A DNA stretch of 64,000 nt from Lama glama. Its lineage: Eukaryota. A program made the position numbers and the translations under genes. Shown here piece after piece: positions 25,401 to 39,734 of the stretch. Under the pieces are notes generated by a model that was not told the origin of the DNA, ran no database searches, and saw only the letters and a list, made by a program, of their open reading frames with translations. The stretch spans positions 12,092,001-12,156,000 of the forward strand of contig CM052816.1 of the NCBI GenBank assembly GCA_028534125.1, written 5' to 3'. Position 1 is the first letter of the stretch; each line of letters opens with the position of its first letter.

Positions 25401-27519
25401 TGATTTTTTTATTTTGCTATTAGTTCATGAGGAAATGATCCTAGCTTTTGTATGCAATTACTCCTGTCAAATCATTTTTTTTTAATTGATGCCTCTGAAA
25501 CAAATCATGTATCTCCAAGTTACAGTACAACCTTAGGCAACCGTTAATCATAAGTGTTTTCATTTAAAAAAAAAAAGCAATTGCAGTTTAGTTTTTCCAC
25601 TTCAGATTACAGAAGGGGAAAAATGTTCTCATAAGTATTTTAGATAAAAATAAAGCAAGAATGGATTTTGCTTTTCATAGCTTAAAAAAAAAAAGGATCC
25701 TTAAAAACAACCTATTGCCCACAGGGAGAAAGGGGCCTTATCTGATTATAACCATGATTGGATTTTTTTGTACAGACTGACATTTGGTACAGGCACTATA
25801 TTTGAATCATTCCATTTCTAGCAGCATCATGACATTATTATTGCCTCTGTTAAAATATAAAGATAACATGCATGTGCTGCTTCCTTTTTAAAGGAGCCCC
25901 ACCGGGGTTGTGTCATTGCACTGGCACTCAGAAATCGTTCCACAATGTCTCTGTTAGAATGGAGATGAAATGCAAGCATGCTTACGTCACCATCCTCGTG
26001 TGGTTCTCTTACCAAGCTTGCAGCTATCTGTCCCTGCTAACACTAGCTCCGAAATGGGCATAACTGGGAACAGAATAGGGGACCAGCACAGTCTTTCAAC
26101 TGAGTAAGCAATGATATCCCATATTGGGGTGGGCTGGTCACACGTTCAAGTGAAATATGTCCTGTGATTCTGTATATATTCCACTGTTTTTAATAATGGT
26201 ATCAGTCACAGTGAGAGTAGGGGGCCGTGCTGATTCCCTTTCAACCTGATAATAACTCTCTGTAATTTTGATAATACATCAATATATCTCAAAATTTTGC
26301 ATCTCTATGTGGCTCTAAGAAGCCGAGACTTAGAACCACAGAACACAGGTTAAAAACGGCAAGGCCCATCTATATGATGAAATAACATGTAGCTGTTAAA
26401 ATAGGGATGTAGAAATACAATGAAATGGAAACAGCCAGTACATAAGAACAGTTCATAAACCGGCATATGGAACACCGCTTCCGCGCGTGCATCGGAAAAC
26501 GGCTATTTGTAAAGGGATCTCTGCATCTGTATGCACAAAATTCTCAATTTTAATAAGGCTTAATTCTTAAGTCTGAGTGTTACATAGACAGGCAATACCC
26601 ATTATCATTTTTGTGGCTTTTCTGTTGTTTGAAAATTTTCTCAATGAATGTGACTTTTACACAAATACAGCAAAGAATTAATTTACAAGTACAATTACCT
26701 TATCCAAAAAGATACCTATTCCTTTGTCCTCCATCTACTGGCTCATATTTGACATCCTAAAACTAGAGATTTATTAGTCTTCAGTCGTGCAAAAATATTT
26801 CCTCAAGAAGAAGATTTACAAAGCAGTATCAGTCCCTTACATCTCAGTTTAAATAAGCTCATTGGCTCCTCCCAGCAAACAAAAAATTTGATGGGTACAA
26901 AGCGGGCTGCATAATAGGACGATAGGGCCCCCAAAAGGAAAGTGAAATGCACTCACGAGGCTCAGGCTGCCCACGGGAACCTCTGACTTCCTATATCTTA
27001 CCAGACTAGGGGAAGTTGATAGCAATTTAGTAGTTTAAGAATGTGCTCAAGATCTTGGCATGAAACAACTTCATCAATGGATAAAGATGTTTGGAGCTTA
27101 TTATTTGCTTGTAAGCAGATTCAGATGGGCACTCCACCTTCTACTGCCCTGAATGTGTAATAATAAATACATTGTCTGGGCTCTGGCATGTTAATTCTGT
27201 TGGTCTCCATGTGCTTAAAATCACCTGAACTATTCTGAATCTCTTCCTTCTTCTTAGACATTTTCACCATGTGTTCCTTTCCACTGAGAAAACCCATTTT
27301 AGGTAGTATACCATTTAAACAATCTACATACTCAGTTTAGATAGCAGATTAAAGGAGAATCAGGATACGGCATTTAAAAACACCCTACTTCTAACACTTT
27401 TATTACCACTAACACTGCTGTGGAGGAAGCATATATTGATCATCTCCTATGACTCAGGTACCTTATGTAACTAAATTACATAGAAAATAATTCATATACA
27501 TTTGTATAAATTAATTCAA

Positions 27520-27690
27520 TTATATAAGCAACCCTTTAAGATCAGGGATTTGTTCTTGTTTGACAGATGAGAAAACTGAAATTTAACGACTCCAAACAGC
27601 TTGCCCAACTTCACACAGCTAGGAAATACCAAACTAGATTCAAACCTTGGTCTCATTAAACTCTAAGGCTCGACTTTCATCCAGTGTGCT
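27520..27690 (-). mobile_element. MIR SINE
   Basis: 'acagatgagaaaactga...cttgcccaacttcacacagctag...attcaaacc'. Confidence 0.8.
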
Positions 27691-28729
27691 ATGCAACCTA
27701 ACCAGAAGAATAAAAAATGCTTTTTCAGAAGAAACAAAAAATAGACACCTTCCACACTGCTACTAACACTGGAATCCATCACCACTACTATCAGCATTAC
27801 TGCTACTGCCACCAACGAGAATGTGATGTTTAGGGCCATTTTCAATAATAAGATGCATCACTGTAGCCAAGGTGACTGATTGCTGCTCTCAGAACTTTTT
27901 AACGACAACAACTTAAAGTCAATCACAGAGTGTCTGGTTCCTAGGTGATCTGTGCTATCTGAAGCACTCAGATAGGCTGAAAGCCACTTGGAATTTTCTG
28001 ACATCCATCTCCAGTTTTCTTGGCATAGCTGTCACTTCACACTTGAGTTTATTTCCACCATCCATCCTCAGAATCTTTGCAATCAAGTTATTTTAGACAA
28101 TTGATGACAAAGTACTGCTCAACTCACCATTCTTGATGATTTGAGGCCCTTATTTTATCTCCTGGTAGACTTTTTCAGTATCCTGTAAGCTTATACATAT
28201 AAATGACAACCTGGGTTGAGTATATTTTCACTGCACTTGACAAGCTCACTGGACCGAAAGACCTCTAGCCCGGGTGGGAATAAGCATGTTGAAATGTCTC
28301 AATTACTTAAACATATTTCCTCTCAATCAGAAACGTGAGTTCTCACCAGGCTTGTTGAATGCAATTGGCCATTTTAGTGAAGGTCCATTGGAAGGAAAGG
28401 GAAAATAACATTTTAAAGAATATATGAATAACTGCACTGATACCACACCTGCTCTCTCAGACAGGCATTTCCTGTTGTAGATTGGGGCGGGGAGGTGCTG
28501 AGGGAGAAGCAATAAGGAGACTAGGGTACAGCCACAGGAAAAATATACTTACATTATTACACACAGTAAATTATATGTTATATGTAACATGTATATATAT
28601 TACATATACAAATTTTGTATGTATATATGAAATATGGTAAATGACTTGGTTGCTCTCTCAAAATACCAATAATACCACTCACTGCTTAAGGAATACTTAA
28701 AGTATAAGGTATACAACAAGCACTTTATT

Positions 28730-28960
28730 AATAACAACAACTAATATGTATTAAGCACTTACTATGCACCTGGCACACTGTGCTATACAGACACACACTA
28801 TTGTATGTATATAATTCTCACAACAACTTAGCTAGTTCCCATTTCACAGGTAGGATAACTGATACTCAGAGAAGCTGAAGAATAAACTCACTCATGGTGG
28901 AGGGACAAAGCTGAGATCAGACAGACAGGTCTTTTGGCTCTGCAGTGATGCTGCTCATCT
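28730..28960 (-). mobile_element. MIR SINE
   Basis: 'attaagcacttactatgcacctggcac...ctcacaacaac...cccatttcacag'. Confidence 0.8.
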
Positions 28961-28999
28961 ATACACTATACATTCTCCCTAATGATCCCTGACAGCTTC

Positions 29000-29165
29000 C
29001 AGAATTTCTCAAGTTGTGGCCCAATGCCATCTACATTGATTCACCTGGGGTACATGCCAAAGCACAATTCCTACCTATGCTCTTTAACTCACTTTCCAAA
29101 TAGGAGTTTCTGGAAGGCAGGTCCCAAAGATTTACATCTTTAATTTGTGCCAAGGGTGACTTTTT
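29000..29165. mobile_element. MER5-family relic (left part; right end resumes at ~32908-32920)
   Basis: 'tttctcaagttgtggccc','tcacctgggg','gggtgactt', and terminal 'tttgagacccagtg' after the L1 stack. Confidence 0.55.
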
Positions 29166-29180
29166 AAAAATGGCACTATT

Positions 29181-29770
29181 GACACATGCATCTCAATGTC
29201 CATAGCAGCACTATTTACAATAGCCACAACATGGAAACAGCCTAAATGTCCATCGACAGATGACTGGATAAAGAAGTTGTGGTATATTTATACAATGGAA
29301 TACTACTCAGCCATAAAAATAATAGAATAATGCCATTTGCAGCAACATGGATGGACCCAGAGACTGCCATTCTAAATGAAGTAAGCCAGAAAGAGAACAA
29401 AAAATACCATATGATTATCACTCATATGTGGAATCTAAAAAAAAAAAAAGAGGATACTATGAACTCATCCACAAAACAGAAACAGACTCGCAGACATAGT
29501 AAACAATCTCATGGTTACCAGGGAAGAGAGTGGGAAGGGATCAATTTGGGAGTTTGAGATTTACAAATGTTAGCCACTATATATAAAAGTAAATTTTAAA
29601 AGTTTCTTTTGTACAGCACAGGGAACTATGTTCAGTATCTTGCAATAACCTTTAATGAAAAAACAAACGAAAACGAACATACCTATGTATATGCATGACT
29701 GGGACATTGTACTGTTCACCAGAGATTGACACATTGTAATTGACTATATTTCAATTAAAAAAAACAATTT
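29181..29770 (+). mobile_element. 5'-truncated L1 (second, distinct 3' UTR type)
   Basis: ORF2 end (MPFAATWMDPETAILNEVSQKENKKYH), 3' UTR, A-tail; TSD aaaatggcactatt (29167-29180)/aaaatgccactatt (32894-32907). Confidence 0.9.
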
Positions 29771-29789
29771 AAAAATGTTTTAAGGCAGA

Positions 29790-31113
29790 GAAGCAAGATG
29801 GTGGAGTAGAAGGACGATTGTAGCTCTCCCTCTCCCACAAATACACCAAAACTCACATCTAGGGACCCACCCAGCCAACCAGAGCACCTGCCAAACTCCA
29901 ACAGAACATCACCCTCTTCGAAAGACAAAGACACCAAAAATCTGGTAGGAAAAAAGGAAAAAAGAAAGAAGAAAAAGCAAAACAGTGCGGGACCGATCCC
30001 GTGGGGAGGGAGCGGCAAAGGAGGACTGGCGCTCGTTCACTGGGTCTCCCCTCTCCAGTGGAGAGGCCAGCGGGACGGAGGGGGAACCTCCGAGGCTCAG
30101 ATCTGCCCCGAGCACCCCTTGACCTACAGAACTGAGTTGAACGGGCACAGAGGGTCCCTACGACACCCAGCCCAAGACACAAGCGGGCAGCTGGGGCCAG
30201 GACAGGCCGCCCGAACCGGGCAGAGGATGGGGGGGCGGCTGCACTGAGGCAGCAGGATGCTGCGCGCCGTGGCTGGGAGGGGATACGGAGCAGAACAACC
30301 TCGGTCCCATATAAACTGCGAAAAAAGCAAAGCAACACGGCTGGTGTGCCCTGGGTGGAGGGGCGCCATAGCCTTTGTCTCCTCAGATCTGCACCGCCAT
30401 TACTGGCACTTCTCACGAGAAGAGAGGCAGGGCTCAGCCACAGCCGCCATCTCCTCCTGTGCGCAGCGCCCGGGTTGGGGTGGGGCTGAGGCCCGAATCC
30501 ACACCTGGGGGCTCCGCAACCTCCTAGACAGGACTGAGACTTGTTTACAGCTGGAGGCAGATAAGATCATTCTGCCCTGGCACCTCAGAGAACTCGTGCC
30601 ACCAAGACAAACAAGGAGCTGAGATTTGGTACGAAGCCGAGGTGGGGCCATTCCCCGGTGTTCCCCAAGCCCACCTTTGGAACGCCGACCCAAGGCGGAG
30701 CGGGCAGCTGCATAGAGTAGCGGAGCAACTGGCGCCGGCAAAGGGTGGGTGGCAACCCGCTTTCCTGGCAGGAATGCAGCACCTGAGCACAGGGCTAGGA
30801 GGGGGCGCGATCTGCCCACCTGCCTCCCCCAAGTGCAGCATCTGACTGCGGCATCAGGAAGGGGAGTGACCCACCTGCCCACTGGGTAAGAGCTCAGCAC
30901 CTGACCCAGTGTTGGGAGGGGGTGCAATCTGCTAGCCAATAGCCACTGGGAGCAGCACAGAAGAGGGCGCCAACAGAGGGCCTCTGGAAACAGCAAGCTG
31001 AGTTCGTGAAACAGGGCAAAGACACAAAGACCTCTCAATAAAATCATAAAGAGCACAGCATCTCCAGGAGAACTAGACAACTGATACTCCTTAAGCCACA
31101 GTGCCAGAGAGAT
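29790..31113 (+). promoter_or_regulatory. L1 5' UTR internal promoter / CpG-rich island
   Basis: The only extended GC/CpG-rich stretch in the window (many CG dinucleotides at 29980-30860); CAAGATGG YY1-type motif at 29794. Confidence 0.75.
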
Positions 31114-32053
31114 ATGAGCAATATGAAGAAGCAGAGGAACCACTCCCAATTAAAAGATCAAGAGAAATCCCCTGAAAGCACGATCAAGGAAATAGATACT
31201 GATGACCTACTAAAAAGGAGTGATCAAAGTACTGAAGGAACTAAAAGAAATAGTGTTTAGAGATATAAAANNNNNNNNNNNNNNNNNNNNNNNNNNNNNN
31301 NNNNNNNNNNNNNNNNNNNNNNNNNNNNNNNNNNNNNNNNNNNNNNNNNNNNNNNNNNNNNNNNNNNNNNAATTAGTAAACTCATTTGCTGAGATGAGAG
31401 CTGACCTAAAGGCTGTACAAAGCAGGCTAGATGATGCAGAGGAATGAGTAAGTGACCTAGAAGACAGGACAACAGAAAGCACCCAATCAGAACAGCTGAG
31501 AGAAAAACAAATAAAAAACAATGAAAACAATATAAGGGACCTATGGGATAATATAAAGCGTGCCAATCTACGCATAATAGGGGTTCCAGAAGGGGAAGAA
31601 AGAACAAAGGGAGCTGAAAAGGTCTTTGAAGAAATCATGACTGAAAACTTCCCAAGTCTAAAGGAATCAGATATCCAAGTACAGGAGGCTCAGAGGGTCC
31701 CAAACAGGAAGAACCCAAACAGACCCACACCAAGACATATTATAATCAAGATGGCCAGAGTCAAGGAAGAGAAATGATCCTAAAGGCAGCAAGAGAAAAA
31801 CAAAGAGTGAGTTACAAGGGAACCCCCATAAGGCTCTCAGCTGATTTCTCTACACAAACACTACAGGCCAGAAGGGAGTGGCAAGATAGATTCAAAGTCC
31901 TGATTGAAAAAAAGATGCAGTCTAGGATATTCTATCCAGCAAGGCTATCCTTTAGAATAAGAGAGATAAAGAATTTCACAGACAAGCATAAACTACAAGA
32001 GTTTAGCAACACTAAACCCATGCTTAAAAGAAATACTGAAAGGTCTACTATAA
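31114..32053 (+). pseudogene. L1 ORF1 (RNA-binding protein), disrupted
   Basis: ATG 31114 MSNMKKQRNHSQLKDQEKSP; ...LWDNIKRANLRIIGVPEGEE...PTPRHIIIKM...ILKAAREKQ...PIRLSADFS...ARREW...YPARLSF; frameshift near 31210, in-frame TGA near 31445, 100-N gap. Confidence 0.92.
31271..31370. other. Assembly gap (100 N)
   Basis: N run. Confidence 1.
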
Positions 32054-32949
32054 ATAGAAAAGAAGCAGGATGCTACAAAAATGAGAAACTCGTAACTGGA
32101 AAGGAGATAACTGCCATGAATTACAAAAAGAATAAACACAAAATTGTAAAAGAAGACATCTAAATCATTAAGAGTGGGAGAGGGAACCAAGGAAAGCCAT
32201 TGTGGAAAACAGTATGGAGATTTCTCAAAAGACTAGGAATAGACTTACCATATGACCCAGGAATCCCGCTCCAGGGCATAAATCCAGAAGGAACCCTACT
32301 CCATAATGACACCTGCACCCCAATGTTCATAGCAGCACTATTTACAATAGCCAAGACATGGAAACAGCTTAAATGTCCATCAACAGATGACTGAGTAAAG
32401 AAGATGTGGTATATTTATATAATGGAATACTATTCAGCCATAAAAACTGACAACATAACGCCATTAGTGGCAACATGGATGTTCCTGGAGAATGTCATTC
32501 TAAGTGAAGTAAGCCAGAAAGAGAAAGAAAAATACCATATGAGGTCACTCATATGAGGAATCTAAAAACAAAACAAAACAAAACATAGATACAAAATAGA
32601 AACAGACTCATAGACACAGAATACAAACTTGAGGTTGCCAGTGGGGGCAGGGGGTGGAAAGGGACAGACTGGGATTTTAAAATGTAGAATAGATAAACAA
32701 GATTATACTGTATAGCACAGGGAAATACAAACAAGATCTTGTGGTAGCTCACAGCGAAACAAGAAATGTGACTGAATATATATATATATATATATATATG
32801 TTCATATATAACTGAAAAATTGTGCTGTACACTAGAATTTGACACAACATTGTAAAATGACTATAACTCAATAAAAGTTAAAAAAAAAGTTTTAAAATGC
32901 CACTATTTGAGACCCAGTGTGGCTAACATATAGGCTCATGACTGTGAGA

Positions 32950-33095
32950 ATAATATAGTGGAAAGAACATGGTATCAAAAGTCAGGTGACCTGGCCTTTT
33001 ATCCCACCCTGCAAGTAACAAGTTCTGTGACTTTGGACAAGTTCACCTTTCTGGGCCTATATTATCCCATCTATAAAGTGATGATATTAGATAAG
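32950..33095 (+). mobile_element. MIR SINE
   Basis: 'atagtggaaagaacatgg...tctgtgactttggacaagtt...atctataaagtg'. Confidence 0.75.
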
Positions 33096-34119
33096 ACACC
33101 TATGGTAACATTTTGCAGATATTTTAAATAGATCCTCACAATATGAGACATACTAGTTCTGTTAATCTCTGCACTAATCAGTCTACTTAAGTCCTACTTG
33201 TAAGGCCAGCCACTGTATTTCAGAGAGACTTTCACTCTCTGGAGTACAGTCAAGGCTGGCCAGCACCACAGCCAAGGAAGACTGTGACCCAGGAACAAGA
33301 GCACGTGGCTCTCTCCCTGGCCTTCATCGTTGTTCTAGGTGTAATTAATGACTGGTGAGTGAGAACTGTCATTCCAAATGTGCCAGGCTTGAAGCACAGA
33401 AACAGACTTTTTCTGACCAGCAGCATATTTTCATGGCAAACAAGCAGTATTTTCTACTTGAGAAAGAAGGGACTTTTAGAAGTGACAGCAACAGTTCCCT
33501 AAGCTATTTCAGCTAAGAGGTAATCCTTTCTAGTCTCTGAAAGCATTCCTGCAAATTCTACAGCATGTATTTCATTTGTGGCTCATACAACTGTACTGGC
33601 CTTTATAAGAGAAGTAAATACGTCCTCAGTGGCTGCTTTGTATTGGCAATTCACTGATCTGTTGGCAGAATCTGTGCAAATGCACGTTTAGCAGCACACC
33701 ATCCAATGCAGGGACGCATTTCATTTTGCAGGCATATTTTGGGAGTCTGGAAGAAAATATGGTCTTTATTTTAATCTACAGGGGCTTGCCCAGTGTTTTC
33801 CATACCAACATGTTTACCAAATGAGTGATATTTAGGTCCCAAAATAAATAGCTAATGAATATTCATGTATGTTGAAGGCAATCACAGAAAAAGCTAAAAA
33901 TAGACCATCAGAGTGAATACTCCTACTCCCCATCTGTAACCATTAGGATAACAGGACGACACTGCCACTAGCGAGGTGCAGAGTCATTCATTCAACAAAC
34001 AGCTACCATTCCACATTATGTACCAGCCACTGAAACCAACAATGGAGGTGCTTTTTTTTTTTTAATTTCAAGGAGGAAAAATTACCTTAAAGTAGAGAAT
34101 AATGATTTAAGGATATTTA

Positions 34120-34950
34120 TTCAAAGAAGAATTCCTGAGTACACACTTCATATGAGACACTGATATAAGAACTGAAGATTTAAGTAATAATCTTTTAATT
34201 GATAAAAACCATTTCCCTTGCAGAGTTTAGTTTCACAAACAAAAAACAAATGAATATAAAATATACAGTATGATAACGATAAGTACTATGCAAGAAAGAA
34301 AGAAGGAAAAAAGAAAGCAGAGAAAGAGGGAAAGAAGAAGGAAGGAAGGAGGCAATAGGGGTGTGGGTGAAAGGAGACTGATTTTAAAAAGAAGATCAGA
34401 AAAGACCTATCAAGAAGATAAAATCTGCATACACATTTGATGAAGGTAAGGGAGTGAGCCATGGGGGATCAGCGGGAGGAGTGTTGTAAGCAGAGAAAGT
34501 TGTAAGCAGGGAAAATTGTAAGTGCAGTACCTCTGAAGCAGGTGAGTGTCCAGCAAGTTAGAAGGACAGAAGGCAGGCTTGTGTGGTTAACATAGAGGAA
34601 ACGAGTTTTAATCAAGGAGTTGGAGAAGAGAGGATGCTGGAACACATAAGGCTTTGTAAACCATAAAAAGTCTTTGACTTTGATTCTGAGTGAGATGGGA
34701 AGCCATTGGGATTTGAGTAGAGGAATGACATCATTGCACTCGTATTTTACGAGAAAGACATTAGCCATTGAACTGAAAGTAGACTTTAGGGGACAAGGGC
34801 AGAAGAAGGAAGTCCAGTGTGGTGGGTTTTGCTATTAACAAGTTAATGAATGGTGGAGGCTTGGACCAGGGTAGCAGTGGGGAAGGTGGTGGGAACTGGT
34901 TGGATTGTGGATGCTTTGCATGTGCAGTTAATACGATTTCTTGGACCATC
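34120..34950 (-). mobile_element. LINE-2 fragment with internal GA-rich run
   Basis: 'ctgagtgagatgggaagccattgg','tggtggaggcttggaccagggtagcagtgg'. Confidence 0.8.
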
Positions 34951-35179
34951 TAATTTTCATTTTGAAATATAATATACATGTAGAAAAGTGTATAATATAC
35001 ACAAAGAAAAGTGTATAATATACACGTAGAAAACAGAAATGTAAAACTTACCAAATAATGTAAAGCAAACACCAGGTATCTCCCACCCAGGTAAGAAATA
35101 GAACAGATGCTCCATACAGTTAGCACATTAGAATAAAGATTGGGTATGCTAAGTAGAAGCATGGGAGATATAAAAGGGA

Positions 35180-37780
<2,601 letters not shown>

Positions 37781-37942
37781 CCCTCTCTTTGTTCTTCTGT
37801 CTGTAATATGTCTATTTGCACTGGCTGATTTGAAGATTATCTTTCTTCACTGGTTTCAAGCAATTTGATTAAAATGTACCTTGGTTTAGGTTCTTTCATA
37901 TTTCTTGTCTAAGTCTTGAGCATAATTAGTTTTTATTGTGAT

Positions 37943-38335
37943 TGTTATAAGTTAAATTCTGTCCCCTCAAAATAGACACATTAAAGTCCTAACCCCTAGC
38001 AACTCAGAACGTGACCTTATGTGGAAATAAGGTATTTACAGAGGTAATGAAATCAAAGTGAGGTCATTACAGTGAGCTCTCATCCAATGTAACTGATATC
38101 TTTATAAAAAGGAGAAATGTGGACACAGAGACAGGCAAACACAGGGGAAAGACACACGAGGAGACCACTATGTGACACAGAGGCTGAGGGAGATGCCTCC
38201 ACAAACCAAGGAGTCTCACAGATGGCCAGAGAGCCCGCAGAAGGTCGGAAGAAGCAAGGACTCTCCTACGTGTTTCAGGAGAACATGGCCGTGGTGACAC
38301 CTCATCATTCTTAACAGCTTCCAGGCACTTAAGAG
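37943..38335 (+). mobile_element. MaLR LTR (MLT1C-like)
   Basis: 'aagtcctaaccc...tcagaacgtgaccttat','gtgaggtcatta','aaaaggagaaatgtggacacagagac'. Confidence 0.85.
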
Positions 38336-38379
38336 CATGACAGATGCTGCCACTGCTCTGAAACAAGAGAGACCAAGGA

Positions 38380-39185
38380 CAGTTTCTCAGGCAGCCCCCA
38401 GGGAAGGTGTCTCATCACATGCCCTGGCCGACTCTTTCCCTCACCAGGGAGAAGCTGGGGCTGAGGCCTTTCATCCATTTATTCTGTGCTCAACTAGGGG
38501 AAAGGCTGCCATGGTTAGTTGCATGCCAGATCGAAGCACTGTCTTTGTTCTTACCAGCCTTCAGGAGGCTACAGTGTGCTGGGTTCTGTTAGCACTCGGA
38601 AGCAGACAAGACAAAAGCCAGTCCTCGAGCAGCATCTGTAAAAGTTGGGGCATTTGTCATGTGGTCCAATTGTCTTTCCCTCCCCAGGGAGAAGCTGGGA
38701 GCTGCGTGTTTTCATGCCTTCACTTTGTGCTAAGCCAGGAGGAGAGGTTATGGAGAGTGCCAGCCCAAACCACCAACTCTGTTTTTCCTAGGTGGCAAAA
38801 GCATGCCAGGTCCCATAAGCACCACACACATGACTGGCAAAACAGAAGCTCATTCTCCGGGGAGCTCCTGGAAGAGTTGGAGCACTGGACGGGCAGTCCA
38901 ATTCTTTCCTTCCCCCACGAGAAACCAGGAGCTGAGGTGTTTCCTCCTGATCGTACGGCACTATGCCAGAGGTAAGGATTCTGGCAAGAGGCTGCCTTGA
39001 ATTTCCCTACTGGTTTCAACGTGTCTGGTTTCACACTTGGCCAAGGTGTAGGTGCCCCTCAACTAGCTTCTAGATTTCTCACCAAGGGAATTTTTCTCTG
39101 TATTGCTGTTGAATCAGCGTGTTGATGGGATGAAGCAGAGTCCAGCGCTTCTTACTTGTTCTACCATCTAGCAGACATCATCCTC
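38380..39185 (-). mobile_element. Ancient L1 5' end with ~235-bp degenerate monomers
   Basis: Motif 'tctttccctc.ccagggagaagctggg' recurs at ~38433, ~38673, ~38902; ends 'ctaccatctagc' (YY1-like, reverse). Confidence 0.6.
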
Positions 39186-39509
39186 CAAGAGCCAACCAGA
39201 GTTCTTGAGCAGATCTGATTCATCACATAGAGTTTCTAAAAACAACTTGAGGAAACTATGCAGGGTCCTAGATGTCCTGAGCAAGTACTGACAAGTCTAC
39301 TGGAATACAGATCATTATGGCCAGTTTGATTTAATTTCCCATCCTGGGGAAGCCTGGAGAAAATCAGTTCGCACACCTGGAACATGTGGGAACTGTGGGG
39401 AAAGGGATTAGCAGGGCAGGCTCACTAAGTTCTAGTTATGCAGCATCTTATTATACTCTAGTTGGCAGATAAACTTTATAAAAATAACTTTATTCTCCCT
39501 AAGGAAGAG

Positions 39510-39692
39510 GCAGTGGTATGCTCATCGTGTCTGCGTTCTTCCCAACTTCACTTTCAGTGACAACACGTTGGTAGCTTGAACTCAGCCATGATGGAAGCAT
39601 TACACCATGGAAAATGGTAAATGCTCTAGATGAGGGATTTTTTTTTTCTTTTGAAAATCAGCTGTTAAAACATTTACCAGTACAACATTTGG
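39510..39692 (+). mobile_element. MER63A-like hAT-Blackjack relic
   Basis: 'cagtggtatgct...ttcagtgacaacacgttggtagcttgaa...ttaaaacatttaccag'. Confidence 0.8.
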
Positions 39693-39734
39693 AGGACTAG
39701 GAACCTAAAACACTATGCATTGTGGAGACTGAGG

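Larger units (their letters stand above)
29784..32888 (+). mobile_element. Internally deleted L1: 5' UTR, ORF1, spacer, ORF2 C-terminal tip and 3' UTR (HAL1-like)
   Basis: Starts 'ggcagagaagcaagatggtggagtag' (L1 5' end/YY1 motif); ORF1 31114-32053; jumps at ~32195 to ORF2 end ([20 protein letters not shown]); A-tail; TSD aaaaatgttttaa/aaaaagttttaa. Confidence 0.9.

Noticed and set aside
28128..28182. Minus-strand ag...gtgagt exon-like segment
   Set aside because: Stops in all three frames and no pyrimidine tract.
29859..30845. Several overlapping 65-185 aa ORFs and CpG island suggesting a host gene promoter
   Set aside because: Entirely within the GC-rich L1 5' UTR.
38337..38975. 212-aa plus ORF
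   Set aside because: Antisense to an old L1 5' region; no recognisable domain.
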